The position numbers and the translations under genes are program-made. Shown here one piece after another: positions 1-10,183 of a DNA stretch of 64,000 bases. Under the pieces are notes generated by a model. The model saw nothing but the letters and a program-made list of their open reading frames with translations. It was not told the DNA's origin and did no database searches. The stretch is from a bacterium (GTDB lineage: Bacteria; Hinthialibacterota; Hinthialibacteria; Hinthialibacterales; Hinthialibacteraceae). Numbering within the stretch: position 1 is the stretch's first letter; each line of letters opens with the position of its first letter. The stretch covers positions 64,001-128,000 of the forward strand of contig CAXXSM010000132.1 of NCBI GenBank assembly GCA_963663405.2, in the 5' to 3' direction.

Positions 1-95
1 CAAAAATCGAAAGCATGGTTCGAAAGAACGGGTAGCCGCAGTTCTTCTTTCCACAAATTGAGCAAAAATTCCTCAAAATGTTTTGCTGGCTGCAT
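1..95 (-). CDS. Possible 5' end of a gene running off the window (MQPAKHFEEFLLNLWKEELRLPV...)
   Basis: ATG at 95-93 and open frame to the window edge; not in the ORF track. Confidence 0.35.
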   Translation of the reverse strand, partial: MQPAKHFEEFLLNLWKEELRLPVLSNHAFDF

Positions 96-805
96 TGATT
101 GAGCCAATTACTTTCCGATCTGAATATCAAATGCTCCCTATGATTTATTAAATTTATAGTTTGTATAAGTATTTTCTATGGCGAAATGATTGCGCGTTAA
201 CCGCTTGATTGCATTTAGTTTATGACCATATTTGCGTCACTGCGCCTTAACAGATTGTCGAATATTTTTTTTGTCTCACTAAACTTTGGGATATAAACTC
301 ATGTCTATTAAGTAAATCTATTGCCCGATGATATGAGTTCGGCATATTCTAATTAAATAATAAAGAAAAAAGGTAAAAAAAACATCAATATATCAACTCA
401 TGAGTTGTTTGATAGAAGAATCCGTCTTCGAAGAGACTTAAGGTAAACATTTAACGCAAAAAATTTATTGCTCAGTGATCGGATCATCTTTTAAGCCATA
501 ACTAGCTGATTTTAACTGATTTATTACGATGTTATTCGTTCTATTTATTAATAAATAGTTGAAAATTTCTATAAAAATATCAAAAAAAATACTCGAACAA
601 GATATCGTATTGATATATATTCCTATTTAACGGCGTTATTTATAGTTTTTTTGTTAGCGACACAAAAAATGAAAGGGTGATATTGATATTGAAAAGAGCT
701 AATACATCATGTTTAAGGATAAGAGAATCTTATTGAGTGAATAATTGTTTAAGCGAATTTTTTATTTATCCATAGATAGACACAAGTTCAAGAGGCGTAT
801 CTATT

Positions 806-1630
806 ATGTTCAAAAGAAAAACGATATATATCACACATTTCTCTATATGTTTCCTTTTCCTCGCTGGAATTCCATGTGCTATTCACTCGAATGAAACGAT
901 TCTTAAAGATGGTATAACTGAATCCGAATTTATTGCGTTTGTCACAAACCATTTGTCTCCATTCAAGTCGGCGAAGATCACCTATGAAGGTGTTCATTAC
1001 ATTCCCCCATCGTCATCCAAGGAAGGAAAGAGCACTAACGGCACCTATGTCTATAGAAGATGCGGAGAAAAACAACGAAAAGATATTCACTGGTTGGGGG
1101 AAACTCCTGACAATCATTATTATGTTTATGATGGTTCTACAGGTTATTTTGTTCACCTAGATCCAGGGGATCCCACGATTCGATCCGGTCCTGGTTTTAC
1201 AAAAATGTGGATGACGCCGGATTTTTTATCGTTCTATGGATCGAATTTGGATCATTTCATAACAAAATCTTTCCAAATATTGAAGATCGATCCGGAACAA
1301 AAAAAGATACGAGTTTTCTCCGATCAATATATGAGACCAGATCAATATTATGAGTTTACACTGCTTGATGACCACCATGCGTATTGGAAACAATGTGATG
1401 TTGTCTATGGTGATTTCGTTGATCGGCGCGTAATTTGTGATGATTTCACAGAAATTAGTGGAATGTTGGTACCAAAGACAATACATATTCAGAGAATAGG
1501 GAAAGATGGGTTGTACGATCAATATCAACTTAAACTCATTGAAGGCCAAGTGAATAATGTCGAATTTGAAGATGGCGCATTTGAGTCGCCAAAAGATGAA
1601 CATTTCTCACATAGATTTATTAATCGGTGA
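806..1630 (+). CDS. Secreted hypothetical protein
   Basis: 274-aa ORF with N-terminal signal peptide (FSICFLFLAGIPCAIHS); beta-rich body; AT-rich. Confidence 0.75.
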   Translation: MFKRKTIYITHFSICFLFLAGIPCAIHSNETILKDGITESEFIAFVTNHLSPFKSAKITYEGVHYIPPSSSKEGKSTNGTYVYRRCGEKQRKDIHWLGETPDNHYYVYDGSTGYFVHLDPGDPTIRSGPGFTKMWMTPDFLSFYGSNLDHFITKSFQILKIDPEQKKIRVFSDQYMRPDQYYEFTLLDDHHAYWKQCDVVYGDFVDRRVICDDFTEISGMLVPKTIHIQRIGKDGLYDQYQLKLIEGQVNNVEFEDGAFESPKDEHFSHRFINR

Positions 1631-1799
1631 TGTTATGAATAAGTATTAGAAATCCCCATGTATTTTCGATAATCCCCCCCCAAAAAAAAATACCCGCAAA
1701 GCGAACCACCTTTCCATTTTTTGAATATGGCGCCAAGATGTATCCCCATCTCATTGGGGATTTTTCATTTTAGATTCATTCCAAAAAAGCAGAGGAACA

Positions 1800-3945
1800 A
1801 TGAATAAATTACTTCTATTAACAACCGGTCTCATCATTTGTCTCATCCCCCCATCCAAGCGAACGAATCGGAAAACACCTGCTTCCAAACCGGTCGTGGG
1901 TGGATTCCTGCGTTGGATTTACGGTCGGATGTGGCGATTGTGTATGGAGTCAACGCGTCGTTTCCGGAGCGGTTGGAAAGTTGGCGGTCGCGGGGGTATG
2001 GCGTGCATTTGATGACCGGCGTGGCGTGGGGCGGGTATCAGGATTATCTCGACGGCCGGTTCGATGGTTCCAAACATTGGGATGAAGGGCAGGTCGACCG
2101 GCAGGGGGATATGATCATGCACGGCGGCGGCGTTCCCTACATGGTTCCATCGCCCAGCTATGTTGAATATCTCAAGAGCCTGGTCAAAACCGCCATCGAT
2201 GAGGGCGTCACCGCATCCACTTGGAAGAACCGGAATTCTGGAACCGGGGCGGATACAGTGAAGGCTTCAAACGGGAATGGAAAGAGTATTATGACGAATC
2301 CTGGCAGGCGCAGCACGAATCCCCCGAAGCGGCCTACCGCTCCGCCAAGTTAAAATATCACCTCTATTTCCGCGCCTTGGAACAGGTCTTTCTCTTCGCC
2401 AAAGAATACAGCGAGAAAAAGGGGCGGCGCGTCCGGTGTTACGTTCCCACCCACACGCTGATTAATTACTCCGCCTGGGAGATCGTGAGTCCGGAATCGA
2501 GCCTCGCGGACCTGGCCGGCATGGATGGGTACATCGGCCAAGTCTGGACCGGCACAGCGCGCACGCCCGTGATCTACGAAGGAATCGAAAAAGAACGCAC
2601 ATTCGAAAACGCTTTCCTTGAATACGGCTCCATGGTGGCCATGACAAAACCCGCCGGACGCCGCGTCTACTTCCTCACCGATCCCATCGAAGATAACCCG
2701 AATCACACCTGGGAGGACTACAAAAACAATTACGAAGCGACGTTCACCGCGCAGCTGATGTATCCCTCCGTATCCCATTATGAGGTAATGCCCTGGCCCA
2801 GCCGGATCTTTCTTGGAAAATATAGGGTGGAAGGTTCCGATAAACGCGAGCCCATCCCCACAAAATACGCCACGGAAATCCTAACGCTCATCAATGCGTT
2901 GAACGAAATGCGATCCTCAAACAATCAAATCCCCGGTACCCAAGGCGTCGGCGTTCTTCTCTCCGACACCATGATGTTCCAGCGCTTCCCCACATTCGGC
3001 GAAGAATATACAGACCGGCGTCACTCCAATTTCTACGGCTTGGCGCTCCCGCTTCTCAAACACGGCGTTCCTGTTCAGCTCGTTCAAATGGAGAACCTTC
3101 TTCACCCCGAAACGTTGCGGGATATTCGGGTTCTGCTGATGAGTTACGCCCACATGAAACCAATGAAGCCGGAGTATCACAAAGTCCTGGCGGATTGGGT
3201 GAAGAACGGCGGCGCGCTGGTTTACGTGGGACGCGACAACGATCCTTATCAAACGATCCGTGAATGGTGGAATCAAGGAAAGAACCACTACAAAGCCCCA
3301 TCAGAACATCTATTCGAACAACTGGGCGCAGAACCAAAATCAAAAACGCTGACGATAAAAGAAGGGAAGGGAATCCTTTCCATCCTGCGCAAAAATCCCA
3401 AAGAGATCGCCACGGCCAAAGGCGGAGGCGATGAACTGCGGGCATTAATCAAAACCTGTCTATGTGAAATAGGATATGAAAACGAGTGGAAGAAACAGAA
3501 CGTTCTCCACCTCCAACGTGGGCCATACGATATCGCGGCAGTATTGGAAGAAAGCGTATCAGATACGCCCTACACAATCCCTGGCCCGGTCATCGATCTA
3601 TACAATCCAGACCTGCTAGTATTGGACAAAAAAGTGATCGAACCGGGCGAACGGGCGTTTCTGCTTTCGCTATCGCGCTTCACAAAAGAATCGCCCTGCA
3701 TCCTCGCGGCGGCGTCCCGCGTGAGTGATAGGAAAAAAGAAGGAGCCACATATACCTTCACGCTCAAAGGCCCTGCAAACACGCAGGGCATCGCGCGAAT
3801 TCTCCTCAAATCGAAGCCGGAAAAATTGACGATTCAATCAAGCGCCGAAACGCCTATGGAGCCAGAGTGGGATGAAACAACAAAAACCATGCTAATCCGC
3901 TATCCAAACTCACCGGATGGTGTTCAGGTGATTGTTGAGGATTAG
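1800..3945 (+). CDS. Secreted conserved hypothetical, glycoside-hydrolase-like (TIM barrel plus GATase-like domain), split by two frameshifts
   Basis: Signal peptide in ORF 1800 joins ORF 1838 at the C-run near 1847 and ORF 2221 near 2213 (restoring VTAIHLEEPEFW); GAGG RBS before 1800. Confidence 0.7.
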
Positions 3946-6614
3946 TGGGATTCTGTGGTATAAACATCGTATGTAACGCGGATCACTTCTTCCACAGACG
4001 TCGCGCCGGAAAGCGCTTTCATAATTCCTTCTTCGCGCAGTGTTTTCTGATCCGAATTCTGGATGGCTTTGTGAATTGTCGAAAGCCCGGCGCCTTCGAC
4101 AATCAAATCCCGGATATTCTCTTTGATAATCAGCAATTCATAAAATCCAGTGCGGCCCAGGTAACCGGTGTTGAAACATTCCTTGCACCCCCGTGGCCGG
4201 AAGATCGGCTGTCCTTCTAACAGAAGGGCTTCCTCACCCAATTGTTGCAGTTCATTGGATGTCGGGGAACTCTGTTTTTTACAGTGAGGACAGAGTTTTC
4301 GCACGAGCCGCGAAGAAACGATTCCCAATAGCGCCGCGCCGATCGTTTCCCGGTTGAATCCAGTGTCGTACAGCCGGTGAATCGCCCCAATCGCATCGGC
4401 GGCGTCGAGTCCGGCGAGGAACGTATAATGAGACGCGGAGGCGTCAAAAATCAGCGACGCGGTATCCAAATCCTTCAGTTCCCCAGCCATTACAATGTCC
4501 GGCTCATGCTGCATGACGGAATTGACGACGCTCGCATACGGCAGTCCGCCGGACGCGCGGAATGAATTCTGGTTGATATTCTTTAATTCATATTCAATCG
4601 GCGCTTCGATGGTAGCGATTTTCCGCGTGCCGTTATTCAGGAAATTCAAGCACGCGTATTGCAGCGTAGTTCTCCCGCTCCCCCGCGGCCCCGCGGTCAA
4701 GATCAGTCCATTCGGCGCTCGCAGCAGTGTTTGCAGCGGATCCAGCAATTCTTCGCGTATACCCAAACGGTCCAAAGTGATCGACGCCATTTTCTCATCG
4801 ATCAGCCGCATTGCTAACGATTCCCTTTTATCACCGGGAAGAATAGACGCTCGTACGTTGATTTGTTCTCCTAACAAGAGGCGGCTGAAAAAACCATCTT
4901 GGGTGAATTCGGCTTCGGTAGGATTCATTTTACATAACTGTTTCACGGCGTTGATGAGAGGTTTCAACATGCCTTGATGAAATGTGATTGATTCCGTTTG
5001 GACACCGTCGATTTGGTATTGAATGGAAGCGCTGTTTTCCTGCGCCGTGATCTCAATTTCATTCGCGCGGATTCGAATCCCTTGAATTAGGATGTAATTG
5101 AGCAGGTCGATAAGTTGATGTTGATGGCTCTCATCAAGATACGCCCCCGCAAATTCCTTCGACTTAGCCATAGACTCAGACCGGGATTCGATGAGACCGG
5201 GCAGTGTATAGGGCGTCTTCACAGGCGCTTTACAAAACGGGCATTCCTCAAAATTTAAATTCTCAAAAAAAGCGGGATCATCGATTGACCGTCCGCAGGA
5301 CGAACAGACCAGTTTGGATTCCTGTGTTCTCCACCGTCCGATGTAATAAAAAATCAGCCCGAAGATTCCGGAGTAACTGACGATTTTTTTCCAATCGCTG
5401 TAAACGACCTGCCGATTCGGTAAATCACGCACGACGATCTTCAAAGGCAGATACCAGAGCAGAAGAACAGCCAATACGACTCCGAGAATAATCCATACCC
5501 AGATGATATCAAACGAACTCGTATCGACCTTTCCTGAAAATAGATTGCTGAAAAATCGCTGGGTTCCGCCCCATGCGCCACGAAACCAATTGGTGACTTT
5601 ATCGGTTGTCGAGGGAACCGGCGTCGGCGCCGGAGCGGGGATATATCGTGTCTTGGGTTGTTCTTTGACGGAAGGAATCAGCGCGGATTGCGCCTGCGCC
5701 AGCGCGATTCGCAAGCGTTTCTTCTCGTTGGCCGTTAAAACGGTTTCATCGATATCTTTCAAATAAAGCACGGCGTCGCTGTAATTTTTTTCATACAATT
5801 CGATCAAACCGAGGTGATACATCGCGCGGGAATTGTTGGGAGAAAGTTCGATGGCTTTAATAAAAAGCTGCTTCGCTTCCGGCGATTGTCTATCCCGGCT
5901 TCGCAGGAGGACGAGTTCTCCCCATTCGATATACAGGTTGGTCACTTTTTCCGGCAGATCTCTAGCAAGCAAGTGATTTGGATAATGGGTGAGGATCACT
6001 TCGTAATGCTCGATCGCCTTTTCATAATCGTTCCGGTTCCGCTGGCGCTGCCCTTCTTCGATATGTTTTTGAACGACCGTTTTCTCCAGTTTCAGTTTCG
6101 CGCCTTGCAAGCGGGATAAAATATCCGCGTCGGATATCAATCGTTTCACTTCTTCGATTTGTTGAATGTCATCCAATCCTTGGACCAGCGGATCGTGTTG
6201 ATCCAAGGCGGCGATATATTTTTGAATGACCGATTTCTGCTGGATTATAACGGAATTCTTTTCCGCGGACGTATTCGCAAGTTTAAGCGCTTCGGCATAG
6301 TAGCGCACAGCGGCGATGTAATTTTCCCGCACATCCTCCACATGAGCGCGCGCCAGAAGGTTCATAAACGGAGTTCCCTTTTCCACACGCTCAATAGCGT
6401 CTTCCGGGAACGAAAAAACGCCGCCCGCCGTTTCGATCACAACGTTTCCATTCGTAGATTCGCGCAGAATCCCTTCAATTTTCTTGCCGGTCTTCAGGTG
6501 AATGATGTCCGCATAGAGACTGAAACAAGTCAAAAAAGCAAAGAAAAAAGCCGTGAAAAAGAAAATTCTGTGTCTTGGGAAAATTGGAGTAATTGTTTTC
6601 ATCGCAATCCGCAT
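3942..6614 (-). CDS. Signal peptide + TPR + TM + Zn ribbon fused to GspE/PilB-family ATPase domain with degenerate motifs
   Basis: C-terminal GLILTAGPRGSGRTT, TIEAPIEY, EPDIVMAGELKD, RLVRKLCPHC...GCKEC.NTGYLGRTG.YE, TSVEEVIRV; TPR-like helices at N-terminus; start 6614 or 6602. Confidence 0.85.
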   Translation of the reverse strand: MRIAMKTITPIFPRHRIFFFTAFFFAFLTCFSLYADIIHLKTGKKIEGILRESTNGNVVIETAGGVFSFPEDAIERVEKGTPFMNLLARAHVEDVRENYIAAVRYYAEALKLANTSAEKNSVIIQQKSVIQKYIAALDQHDPLVQGLDDIQQIEEVKRLISDADILSRLQGAKLKLEKTVVQKHIEEGQRQRNRNDYEKAIEHYEVILTHYPNHLLARDLPEKVTNLYIEWGELVLLRSRDRQSPEAKQLFIKAIELSPNNSRAMYHLGLIELYEKNYSDAVLYLKDIDETVLTANEKKRLRIALAQAQSALIPSVKEQPKTRYIPAPAPTPVPSTTDKVTNWFRGAWGGTQRFFSNLFSGKVDTSSFDIIWVWIILGVVLAVLLLWYLPLKIVVRDLPNRQVVYSDWKKIVSYSGIFGLIFYYIGRWRTQESKLVCSSCGRSIDDPAFFENLNFEECPFCKAPVKTPYTLPGLIESRSESMAKSKEFAGAYLDESHQHQLIDLLNYILIQGIRIRANEIEITAQENSASIQYQIDGVQTESITFHQGMLKPLINAVKQLCKMNPTEAEFTQDGFFSRLLLGEQINVRASILPGDKRESLAMRLIDEKMASITLDRLGIREELLDPLQTLLRAPNGLILTAGPRGSGRTTLQYACLNFLNNGTRKIATIEAPIEYELKNINQNSFRASGGLPYASVVNSVMQHEPDIVMAGELKDLDTASLIFDASASHYTFLAGLDAADAIGAIHRLYDTGFNRETIGAALLGIVSSRLVRKLCPHCKKQSSPTSNELQQLGEEALLLEGQPIFRPRGCKECFNTGYLGRTGFYELLIIKENIRDLIVEGAGLSTIHKAIQNSDQKTLREEGIMKALSGATSVEEVIRVTYDVYTTESH

Positions 6615-6957
6615 GGTTTGTTTTTGTGGAAAGGTAATGTTCCGGCCGATCTCACCCATTCTTCGTTCCGCATAAAATAAAACTACGCGGCACGATTTAG
6701 AAAAGAAAAATTGCTCCGGTATACATATACTTTACAAACATCGATCCAAATATGTAAGGCGGAACCACATCGCGCCGTTTTCTTGAACGTACAATATCAC
6801 CGCTTTCCCGAATCGTCTATAAAAGACTGATATCAGAACAAGAGATTACAAAATGATACAAGTCAAGAGATATTTTGGGTTCATCTGAGTGAATACATTA
6901 CTGTCAAAGATCGTTTCTTTCTGACAGAAGATACAGAATCATAATGAATACCCAGCC

Positions 6958-7100
6958 TTGAAAGGCTCTTACCTTGAGCGGTTTATCACTTGTTCCCATT
7001 CCACTTGTTCGTGCCATCAAGGCCAACGGCATGGGCCGCGAATCTATGTGGTCATCATCCGGAACCAGGCCCAACGGCAGGTGTATGTGCCCCAAACGCA
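6958..7100 (+). pseudogene. Truncated DUF6788-like Cys/His protein (IS-associated)
   Basis: KGSY...CSHSTCSCHQGQRHGP..YV....RQVYVP, then abrupt loss of similarity. Confidence 0.55.
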
Positions 7101-7540
7101 ACCACCGCTATTTCCAAATCCCGCATCCGATCCAACTCCACCTAGTCGTTATACGGGAGACCGATCTTCCCCTCGGAGTGGAACCTCTTCTTTGGGCGCT
7201 TTTTACCAGCTTGCCGGTTGCTACCTGGGAACTGTTGCGCTAAATCGGGCGCCTGTATGAATTCCGCTGGAAGATTGAAGACTTCTTCAAATTGTTGAAG
7301 TCCGGGTATGGGATCGAAAAACATCGCTTTTGTAATGCCACGAAAACAGTGAAATTGCTCGTGCTGCTAACCATGGCGGCGATGACGCTTTTCCATCTGA
7401 AGGAGGCGCTTGGATTGCCGTCTAGAGGCTAACTCGTTAAACGGGGATACCAAAAACTTAAACAAACTTCGCGTGACCTTCATAATCCCGATTTCGATCT
7501 CCGTTGGCGATTACTTGCTTACTTACCGGATAAGCCAATT
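7100..7540 (+). mobile_element. IS4-family (IS50/Tn5-like) transposase remnant
   Basis: Frame reads EPLLWALFTSLPV...*IGRLYEFRWKIEDFFKLLKSGYGIE, giving the Y-2-R-3-E-6-K (YREK) signature; in-frame stops at 7241 and 7430. Confidence 0.8.
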
Positions 7541-7573
7541 TTATATTTCGATGGATTGCCGTTTCGGTATAAA

Positions 7574-7602
7574 AAAAGGAGTGAAATAAATCCACTCCTT
7601 TT
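7574..7602 (-). terminator. Intrinsic terminator after pilin genes (probably bidirectional)
   Basis: AAAAGGAGTG...CACTCCTTTT inverted repeat with A/T tails. Confidence 0.65.
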
Positions 7603-7630
7603 ACGAGTTGCATTTGTTTGAAAATTCAAC

Positions 7631-8197
7631 TTACGCAGTACCGACGCGAACGATATCTCCATAACTCTTCAGCCCATTGGTGGGCTCATAGATATCAAAC
7701 AACGAACTTGGGGCGTGGATTCCATCGGGGCCGAAACTCCAGATGTAATACACGTTACCCGCATGACAATCGCCTTCATTATATCGCAACCGGCCTTGCT
7801 TCGCCTGCGAATAAAGCGAAGGATCTTGAATCAGACGTTCGGGAGCTACGGCAGGGAACCAGTCTGCGTGATACTCACCAAAACTCCATTCTATCGTTCC
7901 CAATCCCACCGTATTGGCTTGTTGGAAGGGATCTTTTGGAATGGAACCGACATACGAGATGGGAGTGGTCAAATATTTATTCTGGTTGGCTGAATGACCG
8001 CAATGCGGTGGCGGACCACCGTTGTCAAGGTTATACATGGAATATGCGTTCTCAAACGCCCGCATCTCCGCTTCGCATTTCGCGATCTTGGCCCGCATTT
8101 GGGCATTCAGAAAATTCGGTACGGCGATCGCCGCCAAAATCCCGATAATGGCGACGACGATCAACAATTCGATGAGTGTAAATCCTTTCTTCTTCAT
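7631..8197 (-). CDS. Prepilin-type N-methylation domain protein (pilin/pseudopilin-like)
   Basis: MKKKG|FTLIELLIVVAIIGILAAIAVPNF; LTTPISY...PKDPF; SFGPDG; GAGG RBS. Confidence 0.9.
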   Translation of the reverse strand: MKKKGFTLIELLIVVAIIGILAAIAVPNFLNAQMRAKIAKCEAEMRAFENAYSMYNLDNGGPPPHCGHSANQNKYLTTPISYVGSIPKDPFQQANTVGLGTIEWSFGEYHADWFPAVAPERLIQDPSLYSQAKQGRLRYNEGDCHAGNVYYIWSFGPDGIHAPSSLFDIYEPTNGLKSYGDIVRVGTA

Positions 8198-8357
8198 TCG
8201 ATGCAACCTCCCCAAAAAAATAATATATTCTTCAAAATCACCTTAAAATAGGTAAATTGAATCCATCATTTCAGCTGTCGACACGAGCGATGTCAACAAA
8301 AATGAATCGTATAGCAATTTATCCCTTCATTTAAGAAGAACAGTTCAAAACAATCGA

Positions 8358-8975
8358 TTACTGCCCGCCAAGAATCTGGCTGTTCAATACAAAAATATTC
8401 CCACTAGACGTCAAGCCATTGGATGGCATATAAATAAAGCCGGCGTTTCGATCTTTCAATCCCTGCGCGCCGGTGGTTCCCCACGGATAATCCTGCAAAC
8501 CATTCGGACCGAGAGATGTCATGATGTAGGCGATATTGTATTGATTGAGCATATTAAACGTCGCCGTGGTGTTGATGCACGATGGCGTTCCCTTTGGGCC
8601 GAATGAAACCGCGGACGTATATTCATATACGGGTTTTAAGCCGGTTTTGATCGTCTGGCGGTTCTCAAATTCAGGATTGATCCCGGCAAACGCGTCTTCT
8701 GGAATTGATGCGATGTAGGAGACCGGTGTCGTCAAAGGAAGGTAGGATAAATGTTCCGCCTGTCCCACTCCACAATCACCATCGTAGGTATACTGTCCCC
8801 GGTCCAAGTGATATTGCTCTTCCGCCATGGCGACGGCTTTCATATCCGAGACGACCCGCGCAACCTTGGCCCGCATTTGGGCGTTCAAAAAATTCGGCAC
8901 CGCGATCGCAGCGAGGATGCCAATAATGGCGACAACAATGAGTAATTCAATCAAAGTAAACGCGTTTCTTTTCAT
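8358..8975 (-). CDS. Prepilin-type N-methylation domain protein
   Basis: MKRNA|FTLIELLIVVAIIGILAAIAVPNF; LTTPVSY; SLGPNG; SNGLTSSGNI. Confidence 0.9.
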   Translation of the reverse strand: MKRNAFTLIELLIVVAIIGILAAIAVPNFLNAQMRAKVARVVSDMKAVAMAEEQYHLDRGQYTYDGDCGVGQAEHLSYLPLTTPVSYIASIPEDAFAGINPEFENRQTIKTGLKPVYEYTSAVSFGPKGTPSCINTTATFNMLNQYNIAYIMTSLGPNGLQDYPWGTTGAQGLKDRNAGFIYMPSNGLTSSGNIFVLNSQILGGQ

Positions 8976-9122
8976 TTACGTCTAATCTCCCTTATAAAAT
9001 TAAAGACATTATTCTATCAAATAAAAAATTATAGGATGGAAATAAAAGAAAATCTATACCTATCGTTAATCCGAATCAATTAAAATAGGGATGTTTTATC
9101 TCATTTTTGGCAGGGCTGGTTT

Positions 9123-9488
9123 TTAGTCAGTTTTTTTCCTTGATTTTTTAGCCGTTTTCAGTTTCGCGGCTGAAGGGGGAACCGATGTCAGGATATCGGG
9201 ACCGGTCGGGGTTGTTTCCGGCTCATGCTCGATCAACAGTTCCACGCTGTCCTCCGGGCGTGGAATCACGTGCGCGGAAATGACTTCACCCACGCGCCGG
9301 GCCGCGGAAGCGCCCGCTTCGACCGCCGCTTGAATATCCGCCACTTCCCCCCGCAACTTGACCGTGCAGAGCCCCGGTTCGGTATATTCAATTTGCGTCA
9401 ACACCGCTTCGGCGGTTTTCACCGCCGCGTCCGAGGCTTCAATCGCGCCGATCAATCCTTGTGTTTCGATCAGTCCTAATGCCTTCAT
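9123..9488 (-). CDS. BMC-H microcompartment shell protein with Pro/Lys-rich tail
   Basis: MKALGLIET.GL..AIEA.DAAVK.A...GEVA.IQAAVEAG...SAHVIPRP. Confidence 0.9.
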   Translation of the reverse strand: MKALGLIETQGLIGAIEASDAAVKTAEAVLTQIEYTEPGLCTVKLRGEVADIQAAVEAGASAARRVGEVISAHVIPRPEDSVELLIEHEPETTPTGPDILTSVPPSAAKLKTAKKSRKKTD

Positions 9489-9661
9489 CTCTCTCCGCGA
9501 ATCCCTTTCCATTCAATCTCGCTCTTTCCATCATACGTCCGAATTTGAAAAAAGAGAAGTCACAAGTCACCCAGATCCGCAAAAGCCCATCCAGCAGGCG
9601 CCTTTGTGAAGTTCACCTCCTGTCCTCTCCTCTCGAATTTCATCTTTTCTCACAATCCCTC

Positions 9662-9703
9662 TTGCTATTTCATCCGGATTCCATATACTGTACATATGTT
9701 CAT
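9662..9703 (+). promoter_or_regulatory. umuD promoter with putative LexA (SOS) box
   Basis: TTGCTA-16-TATACT followed by GTAC-ATAT-GTTC, also readable as CTG-N10-CAT. Confidence 0.6.
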
Positions 9704-9757
9704 TTATTTGGCGCGTTGGCGCTTGACTTGAGAGACACGGCCGCATGGGAGGTTCCT

Positions 9758-10183
9758 GTGTGTATCCGCAAGATTTACACGCCCGGCGCGGGAAGAAAAT
9801 TCTCCGCGCCGCTGGCGGAATCGTTTGTCCCGGCGGGGTTCCCCTCCCCGGCGGACGACTACATCGAGAAGGCGCTCGATCTCAATGAATACCTGATCGC
9901 CAACCAGGCGGCTACGTTTTTCGTGCGGGTCTCCGGCGATTCCATGACCGGCGCGGGTATCCACGACGGGGATATTCTCATCGTCGACCGCTCGATCGAT
10001 CCTGTGCGCGGCCAGGTGGCCGTCGCCGTCATCGATGGAGAGATGACGGTCAAACGCCTGCGTTGGCGCGGGGGAAAACTGACGCTGGAACCGGAAAACG
10101 ACAAGTATCCGCCCATCGAAATCAACAGCGAGTCCGAATGCCTGATTTGGGGGGTGGTCACCTATGTCATCCACGCTTTGTAA
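9758..10183 (+). CDS. umuD: DNA polymerase V subunit UmuD (S24 peptidase)
   Basis: [27 protein letters not shown]; GGAGG RBS before GTG 9758. Confidence 0.93.
   Translation: MCIRKIYTPGAGRKFSAPLAESFVPAGFPSPADDYIEKALDLNEYLIANQAATFFVRVSGDSMTGAGIHDGDILIVDRSIDPVRGQVAVAVIDGEMTVKRLRWRGGKLTLEPENDKYPPIEINSESECLIWGVVTYVIHAL

Noticed and set aside
96-805. Long AT-rich intergenic region as an ncRNA, origin or CRISPR leader
   Set aside because: No repeats, DnaA-box cluster or convincing structure seen; consistent with divergent promoters.
1800-2230. Programmed frameshifting or phase variation in the glycoside-hydrolase-like gene
   Set aside because: Two independent single-base losses, one in a C-run, fit sequencing error better.
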